A stretch of DNA of 64,000 bases from Octopus bimaculoides (taxonomy: Eukaryota): contig NC_068981.1 of NCBI RefSeq assembly GCF_001194135.2, positions 171,862,984 through 171,926,983 on the forward strand, in the 5' to 3' direction. Each line of letters opens with the position of its first letter. Position 1 is the first letter of the stretch. The position numbers were made by a program, and so were the translations under genes. Below are positions 51,457 through 64,000 of the stretch, in pieces. Under the pieces are notes generated by a model. It did not search any database. It was not told the origin of the DNA and worked only from the letters and a program-made list of their open reading frames with translations.

Positions 51457-51759
51457 TGATATAAACAGCATTTTGTGTTTATCAAACGTTTTCTATAAAT
51501 ATATATTTGTGCATGTGTATCTATGCATATATAATTGCTGGCCTTGCACCAAAATTTAAAACCCTTATTATTATTGTTGTTGCTGTTGTTATTTAGTGTC
51601 AGGAAAAAGAACTGTAAGATTCATAAATTTGACCTACTCTCCCACATGGGAGAGTAGGTCAAATTTGGTTTCATGCCTACATAGTAAACACGTTCTTGAA
51701 AAGCATTCAAAGAAGCCAAAATTTTTCATGAATAATAATTGTCGGAGTGTTTGTTGCAG

Positions 51760-52540
51760 GGTTTACAGAAAGGATTATGATGGGGAGATGTGATAGGGAC
51801 ATTGGATTATTAAGAGCAGGTGTTGCAGAAGTATGTAATTTTTTAGTTAAGAAGTTTATAAGAAATGCAGGGAAATATCTGCGAGTCTGTGAGTTGTAAT
51901 AGTAGGAGGTGACGTTATTTAACCCCAAGTCAGTAGATTTATGATCAAGGACAATCCATTTGTATTTATCCCATCCTTTCTTTCGTTTCCAAAGTAGATC
52001 ATGAACTACATAATTCAAAAGTTCAGTGAGATATGTGAAGGTGCAAGGCCGAGTTGTTAGTATATTGCAGTCACGATCGTAAGATTCCAGTTGCTCGAGG
52101 CCACTCGGCAGTGAATGAGATCCAGCAATAGCTGAGGTTAACTCTGTGACGGACCAGTGCCCCATTCATTAGGAAGTATTGTAATTTCAGTCGCAAACAC
52201 ACCATGGAAATCAATTTAAGCTTCTGCTTTATAAGTATAAGAGTTCGTTGGAGACTGAAGTCTAATCTAGGTGAGATAGTTAAGGGATCGTCGGTTTCTA
52301 TTTCTAGTAAAATGGGCGAATACCTAATTACTAGTTTGTCCGATCTTGGTTTGAAGGGATGTAGTTTATACGTGTTTGATTGACGATACAGTTTGCATAA
52401 GTTTGTGTCTGTCAGCAGCGACGACCAGACAGGTGAGCAGTACTCTGATGTGGACTCAACTTGAGGTGTGTAAATGACCAGTAGCTGATCAGAGCTGAAG
52501 TATTTTCAAGGATTGACAAAATAATACCAGTCATTTACGC
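51760..52540 (-). mobile_element. Degenerate CR1/L2-like LINE RT C-terminal region
   Basis: KYFSSDQLLVIYTPQVESTSEYCSPVWSS matches the YxxxVRxxxEYCxxVWS motif. Confidence 0.6.
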
Positions 52541-54976
52541 GGTACCATCAATATCCATCAAAATTGGATACTTTACACTAATGCTGGAGAGACAATCTTA
52601 GCTAATATAGATGTGTGTGTGTGCATGTTCAGGAGCGCATACTAGTGTGTGCGCGGATGTGTATAAATGCATGTGCATCAGTACGTGTGCGCGCGCGCGC
52701 GTGTATCTGTGTGTGAAAATGTAGAGACTAGAAAAAAAAAACAGGATAGTATATCTGGTTAGCAGTTTAATGTTGAGTATCAAAGCGCACACTTCTTTAT
52801 CATTAGTGACAGACCAAAAGTAAATTTGCCATGCTAAGTAATGCGCATAAGTACCTTGCAATAATTATCGTGATTTTACTGATAAAAGCATTTTTTTCCT
52901 ACAAGTGTTGGAGAAAGTGAGCTGACAGTTACATGTCTCTTAGCGCCTACAGCATATGTAGAAAAGAATTATTATAGGTAACACACCTTAATAGTTTATG
53001 CCGACATCGTACTGCGCTCATCACGGGTTCCCGCCATTGTAGCAGAGATGACATTAGATTTTTGTTGCTTTAGCTATCAAGAGTGGGAAATTCAAAATGT
53101 AGATTATAACTTTAGAGGTGTTACGTTTATTTCAACATTTTACTATTTCTAAGATGTCTGTGTTAGGACTGAGAGAGTGATTTCCGTCTAATTTGACATT
53201 TTTCTCTTATTATTCAGTGTGTATAAAGTACCTCACTTTACAGCATACGTAATTAAAAGCGCTTACTAACTAAGGCACGTGTAAATATTACCAACGTAGA
53301 TTGCAATTTAAACGTTCTGTCCAATATTGTGTCATAGCAATGTGATGCTGAATAGAAAACCTCTAGGCAACACCAATAACAGAATAAAGCCTATCAAATT
53401 TTCACCTCTGAAACTAAATACACTTTTGATTTCTCCTGAAGCAGCTTCTTGTCTGCGTATGATTTCTTTTGATTTACACTAAAGTGACAATCTTAATTCT
53501 TAAATACTAGTGAGTAAGGCAGAGCAAAAGAAATGAGATGCTGAAGGGAACGTTATATGGCTGCCCAATATGCCCAGATCGAATGAAAGAACCGGTGATC
53601 AGTTTATAGTTTACAACTTTATGTGAGAAGTCTCTTGCCGTTGTAATAACGCGATACGGATGCGCAAATGTCGGAATTTTTGTCATAAGTCATACGCCTT
53701 GTCCTGCTTTGGGTCTTCAGCTCCTGACAGAGTAGTAAGGGCGCTTTCGTGACATTTTCAATCTGGTGCAGCTTATCTTTTTTCCAGGTCTGAATACGGC
53801 CGATTTCTTTCAGAAAGTGAAACAAAGAGACAAACAGAAAATGTAAGAGAAAACGAAGAAATAATCCTGCATGACTCACACTTTATATATCGAGTTCGAA
53901 AGGATGAAAGACAAAGTTATTTGAACCCAAGCCCCCGAGAGTTGGAACATCTACCACTAGGCAACCAACGCGAGCTACTCTCTAAAGACTCGGCTAATAC
54001 ACGGCCTTAGAAGGCGCATGATACACTTTTGAACGTGTTAGCAAGAACTCGAAAAAAAATTATGACAAGTTCTTTTCTTAGTGTTTAAGTGTCTAAGAGT
54101 CTCTAAGTGTGCGAGTGTATGTCATTTTTTTAACGTATTGTAACATATATTACGTAAGTAGAGATAATATAGAAAGAAAAGTAACTGCTTTTGCAGGCTA
54201 TGTTGTGCATACTATCTCGTACATTTCACTGGCTTGACTAAGCATCTTTTGAGAAATCCTAAAATCTTTCCTTTCTGTAGTGAAGTATTTGTCAGTTTCT
54301 AACGAAGTAGTGGCTAATGTATGTCATATACTGTACACAAATATATTACATGATCTCGTATCTATAGCAGAAATAGATAGCAATGTGTCGAAAAACACAT
54401 TTCACTAAGAAATTAAAGACAAAATGATCTAACGGAAGGGCAATATTTTCACCTGTGTGTCAAAACCACTTTACCGACTCGCACTCTACATGTTTACTTA
54501 TTCATTTATTTATATATTTTTGACAGATTCGGGGACATCAATCAAGTGATGTTATCAATAATGTCAGATGGTAATCGAATTGAAGATATATTGCAAGGCT
54601 GATTTGAGGTTAGTATTACGTTTATATCTCCATCATCGATGGCTACTTTATATTTATTCTTTAGCTTTCTTTCTGTTTTTTTTTTGGGGGGGGGGGTTAC
54701 AGGACAATAGATCCTATTTTCAGGTAATGTCATAATATTAAACAAATGTAACACTTGAATCCGAGGAAATGAATGATTATCAATCTCGGTAAAAAAAATA
54801 ATCCGGTAGAGTAAGAAGGTAAAAAATATAAAACATTTTGGACATATAGTTCGATCTTACATGTATAATATTTTTTGAAACATAGAAATTTGTGCGTTAT
54901 ATGTTTCCCTAAAGAACTTTAAACTGTAGGGAACAATGTGATGATCCATATCAATAAAGTAGCTGATGAAGATGCA

Positions 54977-55018
<42 letters not shown>

Positions 55019-55981
55019 NNNNNNNNNNNNNNNNNNNNNNNNNNNNNNNNNNNNNNNNNNNNNNNNNNNNNNNNNNNNNNNNNNNNNNNNNNNNNNNNNN
55101 NNNNNNNNNNNNNNNNNNNNNNNNNNNNNNNNNNNNNNNNNNNNNNNNNNNNNNNNNNNNNNNNNNNNNNNNNNNNNNNNNNNNNNNNNNNNNNNNNNNN
55201 NNNNNNNNNNNNNNNNNNNNNNNNNNNNNNNNNNNNNNNNNNNNNNNNNNNNNNNNNNNNNNNNNNNNNNNNNNNNNNNNNNNNNNNNNNNNNNNNNNNN
55301 NNNNNNNNNNNNNNNNNNNNNNNNNNNNNNNNNNNNNNNNNNNNNNNNNNNNNNNNNNNNNNNNNNNNNNNNNNNNNNNNNNNNNNNNNNNNNNNNNNNN
55401 NNNNNNNNNNNNNNNNNNNNNNNNNNNNNNNNNNNNNNNNATATATATATATATATATATATACAGTTCGTCCAACCAATGCTAGCATGGAAAATGGACG
55501 TTAAATGATGATAATGATGATGATGTACATATTTAGTTAGTATGTGTGTGTATTTAAATAATTAGCAACAGTACTTTGCCTTGATTGCAATTATAGAAAG
55601 TATCAAAACATCCATGTGGTCTGTGATCACCTTGAAAAGATGTAACCCAATGTCAAATTTCGGTTATTTAGATGAAGAACTGTGACCTACTGCATGAAAC
55701 ATACATTCATACATGTATACATTCACATTTATTTATATATTAAGTTTTTTAAAAATGAACCTGATTCCAAAGGATGAAGTGATGCTTTTCTTTATGTTAT
55801 TCAGAAGAAAGCGACAAGAGTCCATCAACTTTGCAGGCCTTCTTAGATGAGGAAGACTGTCGTTGCAAATGTTGCGCTACCTGAAAATCTGCCGATCAAT
55901 GTGTGTAGAAAAGGAACTAAGAGATTTGATCTGAATACATGCTACAGAGTGGATTTTGCCAAAAGCACTTAGGATTAGAAC

Positions 55982-56192
55982 ACAATTAAACCTTGGGAGA
56001 GGCATTATGCCGGTAATAAACACACGCACTGGTTCAGTCCTTTATTAATTTATAAACAGTATATAGTTTTTTGTTAAATGAGTGCAATGAAATTATTTAA
56101 CAAAAAACTATATACTGTTTATAAATTAATAAAGGACTGAACCAGTGCGTGTGTTTATTACCGGCATAATGCCTCTCCCAAGGTTTAATTGT
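55982..56192. repeat. Perfect inverted repeat: two 98-bp arms, 15-nt spacer
   Basis: 55982-56079 is the exact reverse complement of 56095-56192; spacer gagtgcaatgaaatt. Confidence 0.96.
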
Positions 56193-57197
56193 ATTTCTTT
56201 CAACACACGTATCCACATCAAGAATCTTGCACACGAAATACACATACGAATTACTTAGGATTAGGCTGTGGTATTAAACTGAGCAGTGTGTTAGACCCAT
56301 CACCTAAAGCCGTTTAGGCCCATTTCTCCTTATTTTAGCACTTCATAAAATTAACGTTCAAACACGGGTGCCAATATAGAGCTTCCCACGTCAATGTTTT
56401 TCTTTTTTTTTTTATTTAATTAGAGAGAAAAATGTCGAAAACTTAATAAATCGGTTATTAAAAACGTGTAATCCCGAGGGAAATTAAATCGCTTTAAATT
56501 CAAATGTAAAGATACTTTCAGTATGATTATATTTTATTCTTCTTTTCAGGACCGTTGCCATTCAAATATTTGGTATAATGTTTCTAATAATCATTCAAAC
56601 TTTATAGCAATTTTGTCCTGCTGCGTCTAGGGCTCCGTAGGGACATCACGGAAAAAGAATAATGCAACTGGAATTTGTAGTTAGATACAAATCGTAGCTA
56701 TTAAAGGAATACTGGGGGCAGAAAGAATGATGGCTGAAAGCAAGGTGGTGGTGGTGTTTTTAATGGTGGGATTGTGGGGGGTTGTTTGAATGATGGTGGG
56801 GTTGGGGTGGCAACGAAGGGCTTTAGGGAGAAGGAAGAGGGGCAAGGGAAATAATGCTGGAGGACAAAGAATGCAAAATTTGTGCAACGTTTGGCAACAT
56901 GCCAACTGATTTGTACTTCGTTTTACCATCAGGAATTGTGCAAAGAATGTTGATGATGTAAACATTCTCAATTACGTGACACGAAAAGTCGAAGAAATAA
57001 AAAATAACGAAGACCGGTAGGTGCATTCCTAATGAAAGTTGACGGTGGTAGCTGATTCTGTTATTGGTGGTGGTGGTGGTGGTGGTGGTGGTGGCGTTGG
57101 AGCTGCTGCTGCTACTTGTTTGCTAGTATGTCAGACTGTTGTTACTGTTATCTTAACTGATTTACCGGCAGAGAGAGAAGATAGGGAGTGTGGTGGA

Positions 57198-57297
57198 AGG
57201 AGGAGGAGGAGGAGGAGGAGGAGGAGGAGGAGGAGAAGAAGAAGAAGAAGAAGAAGAAGAAGAAGAAGAAGAAGAAGAAGAAGAAGAAGAAGAAGAA
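57198..57297. repeat. (GGA)n-(AGA)n purine microsatellite
   Basis: Direct reading. Confidence 0.96.
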
Positions 57298-57664
57298 CCG
57301 CATGTAATGGAGTATGTTTGTATGTTTGATACTTGATAACTCGTAATTTACAGGTAAAGTATTTCACAAATGCTTTTTGCATATAGAAATGAAATCTGTA
57401 CCTACGCACAAATAATAGGTTCCGAATTCAAATACTATCGAGGTCAACATCGTCCTCCATCCTCTCGGTGCCGATAACATAAATTGCCAGTTAAGTACTA
57501 GAATCTATGGCATCGACTACTCCTTTCCAGTTAAATATACTAACCTTGTTCCTAAATAGTAATCCATTGTTATCATTTTTTGAGCTCCATATTTCGACAA
57601 GGTCAATGTTGCCTTTTAGCTTTTTCAGATTTGCTGGCCTTGAGCCTAAGTCATAAGCCATTGC

Positions 57665-57731
<67 letters not shown>

Positions 57732-57750
57732 GTTATTATTATTATTATTG

Positions 57751-58212
57751 AATGAGAGAGCAAGGCATGCCGTCAAAGTGACACTAGGGTAAAATATACG
57801 AAGCCCAGTATACCCATCATGACTACCCGTCTGATAAGGGTACACCAGGCATAGGCATCACAACCATATGTGCGCGACATAGTGGTTTCATATCAAGATA
57901 AACAGCGCATGACCACGCAGGTGGGGCCCAGTTAGAATTTTCTTCAGGTCGAGTAGCCCATCCCGCTCAAAAGGTCCTTGAATAAAGGTTGTTTGAGGAT
58001 GTCGAACGGAATACCCATGTTTCTAAAGGTGAATTATTCAAACCCCAAAGAATTCCTCTCAACACATGGCTATGATGCTCCCCCACTACTTCTGCTCGTG
58101 ATCAGAGATGCACATATCGTCAGCCACCAAGGGACATGCTTAACTGGTTAAGGTCAAACAACTGACAAGCAAATCTGTGGTATTAAGCAGAATATTTGCT
58201 GTAGCCCATCTT
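57751..58212 (-). mobile_element. Unclassified non-coding retroelement with (TAA)n tail, copy 1 (5'-truncated)
   Basis: About 85-90% identical by eye to 58246-58790; minus strand ends ctctcattca(ata)n. Confidence 0.7.
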
Positions 58213-58245
58213 TTTATTACTATTATTATTATGCTTATTATTATT

Positions 58246-58790
58246 GAGTGAAAGAGCAGTGCATGCCATCAAAGTGACACTGGGTTAAAATATACGAAGC
58301 CCAGTATACCCATCATGACTACCTGTCTGATAAGGGTACACCAGGCACATGCATCACAACCATATGTGCGCAACATGGTGAACTCATATCATGATAAACA
58401 GCGCATGACCTCGCAGGTGGGGGCCTAGTAAGAATTTTCTTTAGGTTGAGTAGCCCATCCCACTCAAAAGGACCCTGAATAAGGTTTGTTTAAGGATGTT
58501 GAGCAAAACACCCATGTTTCCAAAGGTGAATTATTCAAACCCCAAAGAATTCCCCTCAACAAATGGCTATGATGCTCCCCCACTACTTCTTCACTTGATC
58601 AGAGATGCACATATCGTCAGCTACCAAGGCTGGTTAAGGTCAAACAACTGACAAGCAAATCTGTGGTACTGAGTAGAATTGTTGCTGTAACCCATCTTTT
58701 ATACCAAGACAAAACAATGTACATAACACTTCCAATCAATTAAGATCAGAAGCCATGAGAGCCACTGCCTGGTACTGCATCAGGGCATTG
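58246..58790 (-). mobile_element. Unclassified non-coding retroelement with (TAA)n tail, copy 2
   Basis: About 80-90 bp longer at its 5' end than copy 1, carries its own short deletion, bounded by ATT tracts. Confidence 0.7.
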
Positions 58791-58852
<62 letters not shown>

Positions 58853-58855
58853 CAT

Positions 58856-58997
58856 ACCTAATATGCCTACTATGTTAGGCTCCACATTAGAGTTACCTCT
58901 ATTTCCTGATCTTTGTATTTTGAAAGTTTCTCCATTTCTTTTAGAGAAACATTGTCATCTGTTGGAAATGATACATCGATTAGAAAGCATTTTTCTT

Positions 58998-59000
<3 letters not shown>
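58856..59000 (-). mobile_element. R4/Dong-like RLE fragment, same subfamily as 17760-18121
   Basis: EEKCFLIDVSFPTDDNVSLKEMEKLSKYKDQEIEVTLMWSL. Confidence 0.88.
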
Positions 59001-59057
<57 letters not shown>

Positions 59058-59059
59058 GT

Positions 59060-59570
59060 TTAAGGCGGCGAGTTGGCAGAATCGTTAGTACGCTGGGCAA
59101 AATGCTTAGCGGTATTTCGCCCGTCTTTACGTTCTGAGTTCAAATTCCGTAGAGGTACATTTTAGTTCTCATCATTTCGGGGTCGATAGAATAAGTACCA
59201 GTTGAGTACTGAGGTCTCTCACCCAAATTTCAGGCCTTGTGCCTATAGTAGAAATTGTTATTAATGTTGTTGTTATGTTATGAATTCCACCGAGATCGAC
59301 ATTGCATTTCATCATTTTGGGGCCTTATAATATAAGTATCAATCAAGTACCGGGGTGGGATTTGGGTAATCACCTTCACTCTTCCATCAAAGACTGATGG
59401 CCCTGCGTCAAAATTTGAAACCATTATCGTAAGTTCAAATACCGGTGAGGTCAATGTTGACTTTAATACATACGACGTGCATAAATTAGAATACCAGTGA
59501 CGTACATATATCAACGTAATCGATTATCCCTCTTTCCTCAGAATTCTTGATGATGTGCCTAAATTAGGAA
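59060..59570 (+). mobile_element. SINE family A copy (59060-59258) followed by two degenerate tandem copies
   Basis: aaggcggcgagttggcagaatcgttag...gagttcaaattcc; then aattccaccgagatcgac and gttcaaataccggtgaggtc repeats. Confidence 0.8.
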
Positions 59571-59839
59571 CAATTAATTATTATTTATTCCTAAGTATGA
59601 ATTTGAATTGCATCCTAAAGTGGGACCCTGATTCGCGAATTTCGGGGGTTTGAGGTTTGTGGAACCCGCCAACTTTTGTTATTCCAGATTGAAGGAGGCG
59701 GTTGTAACAGTACTTTGGACACGCTCTGGTAAAACACTGCTTGCCACAGCTGACTAGTCTGGAATCTCACTATGCGAGAACGCATCAAAACTCCAGACTG
59801 CTTATGGGTTAACCTGTGTGGGCCGAGCATGTGTTTTTC

Positions 59840-60292
59840 GCTGGCACAAGATACCAAGCAAAGGAAGTCCACCGGAGCGCTCATAATGATCCCCTTTTTT
59901 CCGACAGAAATGGCGTCATCTACATTCACTGGGTTCCCTTTGGCCAGATGGTCAACAAAGAGTACTTAGTGGAGGTTTTGAGAAAGTTCATAAAGAGACG
60001 TCATTGCAAAAGGCGAGAGTACCTGCACCAGAGCAAGGTACCAGTCCACTACTCTATCCTAGTAACCAACTACTTAGCAGAGATAGGTATCAAAAGAATC
60101 CCTCACCCTTACTAGTCCCCATGCTGAAGGAAAACGTCAGGGTCAATCCTTTTTAAAGACATTGAGATGTAGGCGGGTGTGACAAGGGTACTGGGTATCT
60201 TCAACCTGGAAGACCTCTATGGGACCTTCAGGAAGTGGCTGGATCGCAAAAACAAATACAGTGAAGTCGGAGGATCATACTTTGAAGGTAAT
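59840..60292 (+). mobile_element. Mariner transposase pseudogene (C-terminal half, with deletions)
   Basis: FSDRNGVIYIHWVPFGQMVNKEYLVEVLRK...YLHQSKVPVH...IPHPY...KWLDR...GGSYFEG*. Confidence 0.85.
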
Positions 60293-60940
60293 TAGAGTCT
60301 TGTATTTCTTTAAAATTAATAAATATCTCTTTTGGAAAACTCTTAAACATTTTAGAATGCACCTTTTAATATATAAAATGTAAACTCTGCTACATGCATT
60401 CTCTACTGATTTTTCCTCTTGTTTATCCACAAAGACACACAACACACACATATGCACACATACACACACACACACATACACACACACACACACACACATA
60501 CACACACAAACAAACAACACAAAGGTAAAGGAAGAGATAAAGATAGCCAGGTACAGTTGCATTATATATGGGTGTGCGCGCGTGTATACGGATGTGTATA
60601 TATATATGTGTGTGTATACTTATGTATGCATATATATGTTTATATATGTATGTATATAGATACATATATAGATACACACACATACACACACACACGCATA
60701 TATATATATATATATATATATACTTTGTCGAGGAGAGCTACACATGAGCATCTAGTTGTTCAATCAACTGAACAACAAACTCATTACATAAGCATTTAAG
60801 TGGCTGTGTGTATTCCAGACAAGTGTTTCCTTAACGTAATTCTCAAGAGGAGTCGACGTGACACACAGCAATACGGCTGAATCTTATTACTCTGTATCCT
60901 TTGAATTAAAAATATAATCCATTCAAGAGGCATCCATACA

Positions 60941-61045
60941 GTTTCCATCTACACAACTTGTCTCACAAGGATTAGGTCAATTCGAGGCTATGGTAGAGGA
61001 ACGACTTGCTCAAGATGTCATGCAGTAGGCTCCAATCTGACACTT
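60941..61045 (-). mobile_element. SINE family B remnant
   Basis: gtttccatctac...tcacaagg...gaggctatggtagagg..gacttgctcaag. Confidence 0.6.
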
Positions 61046-61763
61046 TAAGATTTTAAGATTCTGTCTTAAATATTTTAATCATTTACTCATGCCTTCAACT
61101 ATTCACCTATACCCACCCTTCCACCCTTCCATCCATATANNNNNNNNNNNNNNNNNNNNNNNNNNNNNNNNNNNNNNNNNNNNNNNNNNNNNNNNNNNNN
61201 NNNNNNNNNNNNNNNNNNNNNNNNNNNNNNNNNNNNNNNNNNNNNNNNNNNNNNNNNNNNNNNNNNNNNNNNNNNNNNNNNNNNNNNNNNNNNNNNNNNN
61301 NNNNNNNNNNNNNNNNNNNNNNNNNNNNNNNNNNNNNNNNNNNNNNNNNNNNNNNNNNNNNNNNNNNNNNNNNNNNNNNNNNNNNNNNNNNNNNNNNNNN
61401 NNNNNNNNNNNNNNNNNNNNNNNNNNNNNNNNNNNNNNNNNNNNNNNNNNNNNNNNNNNNNNNNNNNNNNNNNNNNNNNNNNNNNNNNNNNNNNNNNNNN
61501 NNNNNNNNNNNNNNNNNNNNNNNNNNNNNNNNNNNNNNNNNNNNNNNNNNNNNNNNNNNNNNNNNNNNNNNNNNNNNNNNNNNNNNNNNNNNNNNNNNNN
61601 NNNNNNNNNNNNTATATATATATGTATGTATATATAATGTATGCATTTACACATGTTCGTATATATATGCATAAGTGAGTATATATGTGTGAGTGTGAAT
61701 ATATATATATATATACACATACATATGAAAACGCATACACATTTATATATACGTATGAATACA

Positions 61764-61803
<40 letters not shown>

Positions 61804-62339
61804 CACACAGTCAGATACAACTATTCACAAAGTGGCATGCAGAAAGATGGCGGACGGAGTGTGAAGTGTTAAAAAAAAAGAAAAGAAAAAAACTGAAACA
61901 CTGAAGAAGATTATGTAAGACAGACAAGAAGAGAATATGCAGGTATTTAGATGAACAATGGTATGTGCTTTCATTCACGATGCAATATTATGCAGGTGCC
62001 TATAGTTAATGCAAGTACAAACATTCCAAATGTAAATATGTGTGTGTGTGTATGCATGTGCTTAAATGTATATAGATGTAATTATGTGTTTTGTGCTAAT
62101 AGGCATAAATATTATTTACCTTTATATATATGTGTACGGTACATGTGTATATATATGTACATGCATATTCTAAGCTATTATATTTTGTTTGTATTTTATC
62201 ATTTAGCCATTTAATATATTTTATTTTTCTATTTATTTTGACTCAAATTTGTTGTACCCTATTCTGCTACGTTCATTTGTAGTTTTACAGCTATCCAAAT
62301 TCCTGCAATTGTCGCTAGGCATTAGAGTATCTCACATCT

Positions 62340-62950
62340 TGTGTTGCAAACAGGTATCTCATCCTACAAGCACATCTCTCTGAAATCATCATCCTTACTA
62401 ACTTCAATGTACACAAATCCCGTTACTTTTCACTCTATTACTATTCCCATATTGTATGGTTCGTTACCCCACAACGTGCACCAATTAAAAGCCAATCACC
62501 TGCTTTTCTCTGACAGTCACATCGACATCGACACTAATAGTTTTAATCTGTTTATTGCCACCATAAGCAGGCGTTAGCCGACCACCATCAAGGCGTCTTT
62601 TCTCTGTCTAATCATGGTAATATACCTACAACCTGAAACTGCACACACCCCAATAACGTACCTTATGGTACTTCAAAGCAGCTAACAAGTCGGTGTTCGA
62701 CTACTTATATACCGAATACCTTGAGAGCAAATGTATTCCTCCTTGACTCATCTGAAACAACCAATTCCCATATCTACAAAGAACCTCCAGGGGCAATAGT
62801 TAAGGTAAAAAGAACACGGAAACACAGAAAGCATTCACTAAAGTATTTAGTGTCTTTTCTTTGCCACTGCAACAACTTTGAAACTAGAAAAGGTTATAAT
62901 CATACATCCACTTTCTGCAATATTACCCACCTCTAAATTCTGGTTTCCTG
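62340..62950 (+). mobile_element. Degenerate CR1/L2-like LINE apurinic endonuclease region
   Basis: SEIIILTNFNVH (cf. GDFN), LNLFIAT (cf. LDL), LSNHGNI (cf. SDH) in the expected order. Confidence 0.55.
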
Positions 62951-64000
62951 CCAAAAGTCTCTCCCATATTTGTTTTACAAGGTCGCATTGTTAACAAAAG
63001 TTCAATTAAAAATGATTTCAAATTTGCTGCAATTTGAGCTTCCGCATTCACACTTCACACATTCAATCGGTAATCGGTCATATCAGCGTCAAGAGTTGGA
63101 GTTACGAAGAATAAGTTGGTATGTATGTATGTATGTATGTACGTTTTATTACCATTTATTGATATTCTTTGTAGAAGTAGGGAGGCTAGAAGTACCATCT
63201 AACAACAATATGCAAATTAATACACCCTTTTCTCAACTAAGAGGCACTTTCAATGACTGCACTTGGGGTTTATAGAGTATCACGAGAAGAAATTTAAGTA
63301 AAAGAAAGAAAATCTTCAAACTGTTAACAATGCAAATAATTGTGTTATAAATGTAAAGAAAATAAACTTTAAAAATGAAATTTAGAAGAATGTAGAACTG
63401 CAGGTCAAAGCATGAACATTAAAGGTGAGTGGGCAACAGAATGAGAAAGTAAAAAGACAGAGTGAATGTGAGAGAATAAGAGAGAGGTTAACTTAGCTTC
63501 TACAAAAACAAACCACATTATTTTATCAAATAAAACAACGAACAAAGGCTAAGACAATAAGGGTGCTTCAATATGTCTGCACCACTTGTAAGGAGTAGCT
63601 GCCAAATTTCCATCAAATCTCATGCCACAATTAGCGAAAGCGTCGTACAAACTACACAGTTATACTCTCTTGTGAGTGACGGCTAAGATTTTTGTATGTA
63701 CATGTTATTGAAAATATGTTGATACATACATACACCCACGCACACAAATACATACACACATATGCACGTACTAATGATATACTAATAGAGACATTTTTAT
63801 TATATTTTTCAAATGAATCTACGCTCTTCACAAGAAAAAGAATGTAACTCAATAGTTCATTTTTTTTTTCCGACAGTTTACGCCTGTGTTATTTTACTTC
63901 AGTGAAATTAGATATAGCTCTAAAAAAACCTTGTGTTCATTATAGAGTGTTGGTTTCAAGTTTATGTTGTGGCCATAATGTATTTGTTTAACTATCAAGA

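Overview
AT-rich eukaryotic, apparently intergenic or intronic DNA from a gapped short-read assembly (12 N-runs, about 5.5 kb, most next to microsatellites). The SINE families and microsatellite density look like an Octopus genome (inference, no search run). I found no recognisable host protein-coding gene, rRNA, tRNA gene or CRISPR array, and nearly all ORFs in the track are microsatellite or N-run artefacts. The window is a transposon graveyard. It holds more than 30 tRNA-derived SINE copies from 3-4 families, a 5'-truncated Penelope element with an inverted 3' terminal repeat, and two Naiad-type Penelope-like GIY-YIG fragments. It also holds at least six R4/Dong-like LINE 3' ends (restriction-like endonuclease), RTE and CR1/L2-like remnants, a DD37D (maT) transposase and a mariner remnant. 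Most worth a second look: a perfect 98-bp-arm palindrome (55982-56192), a second near-perfect inverted duplication (33102-33495), a ~500 bp foldback, several minimal hammerhead-ribozyme-like motifs, and stacks of different retroelements sharing (TAA)n/(TTA)n tracts. I see no convincing evidence of a wholly new biological system.
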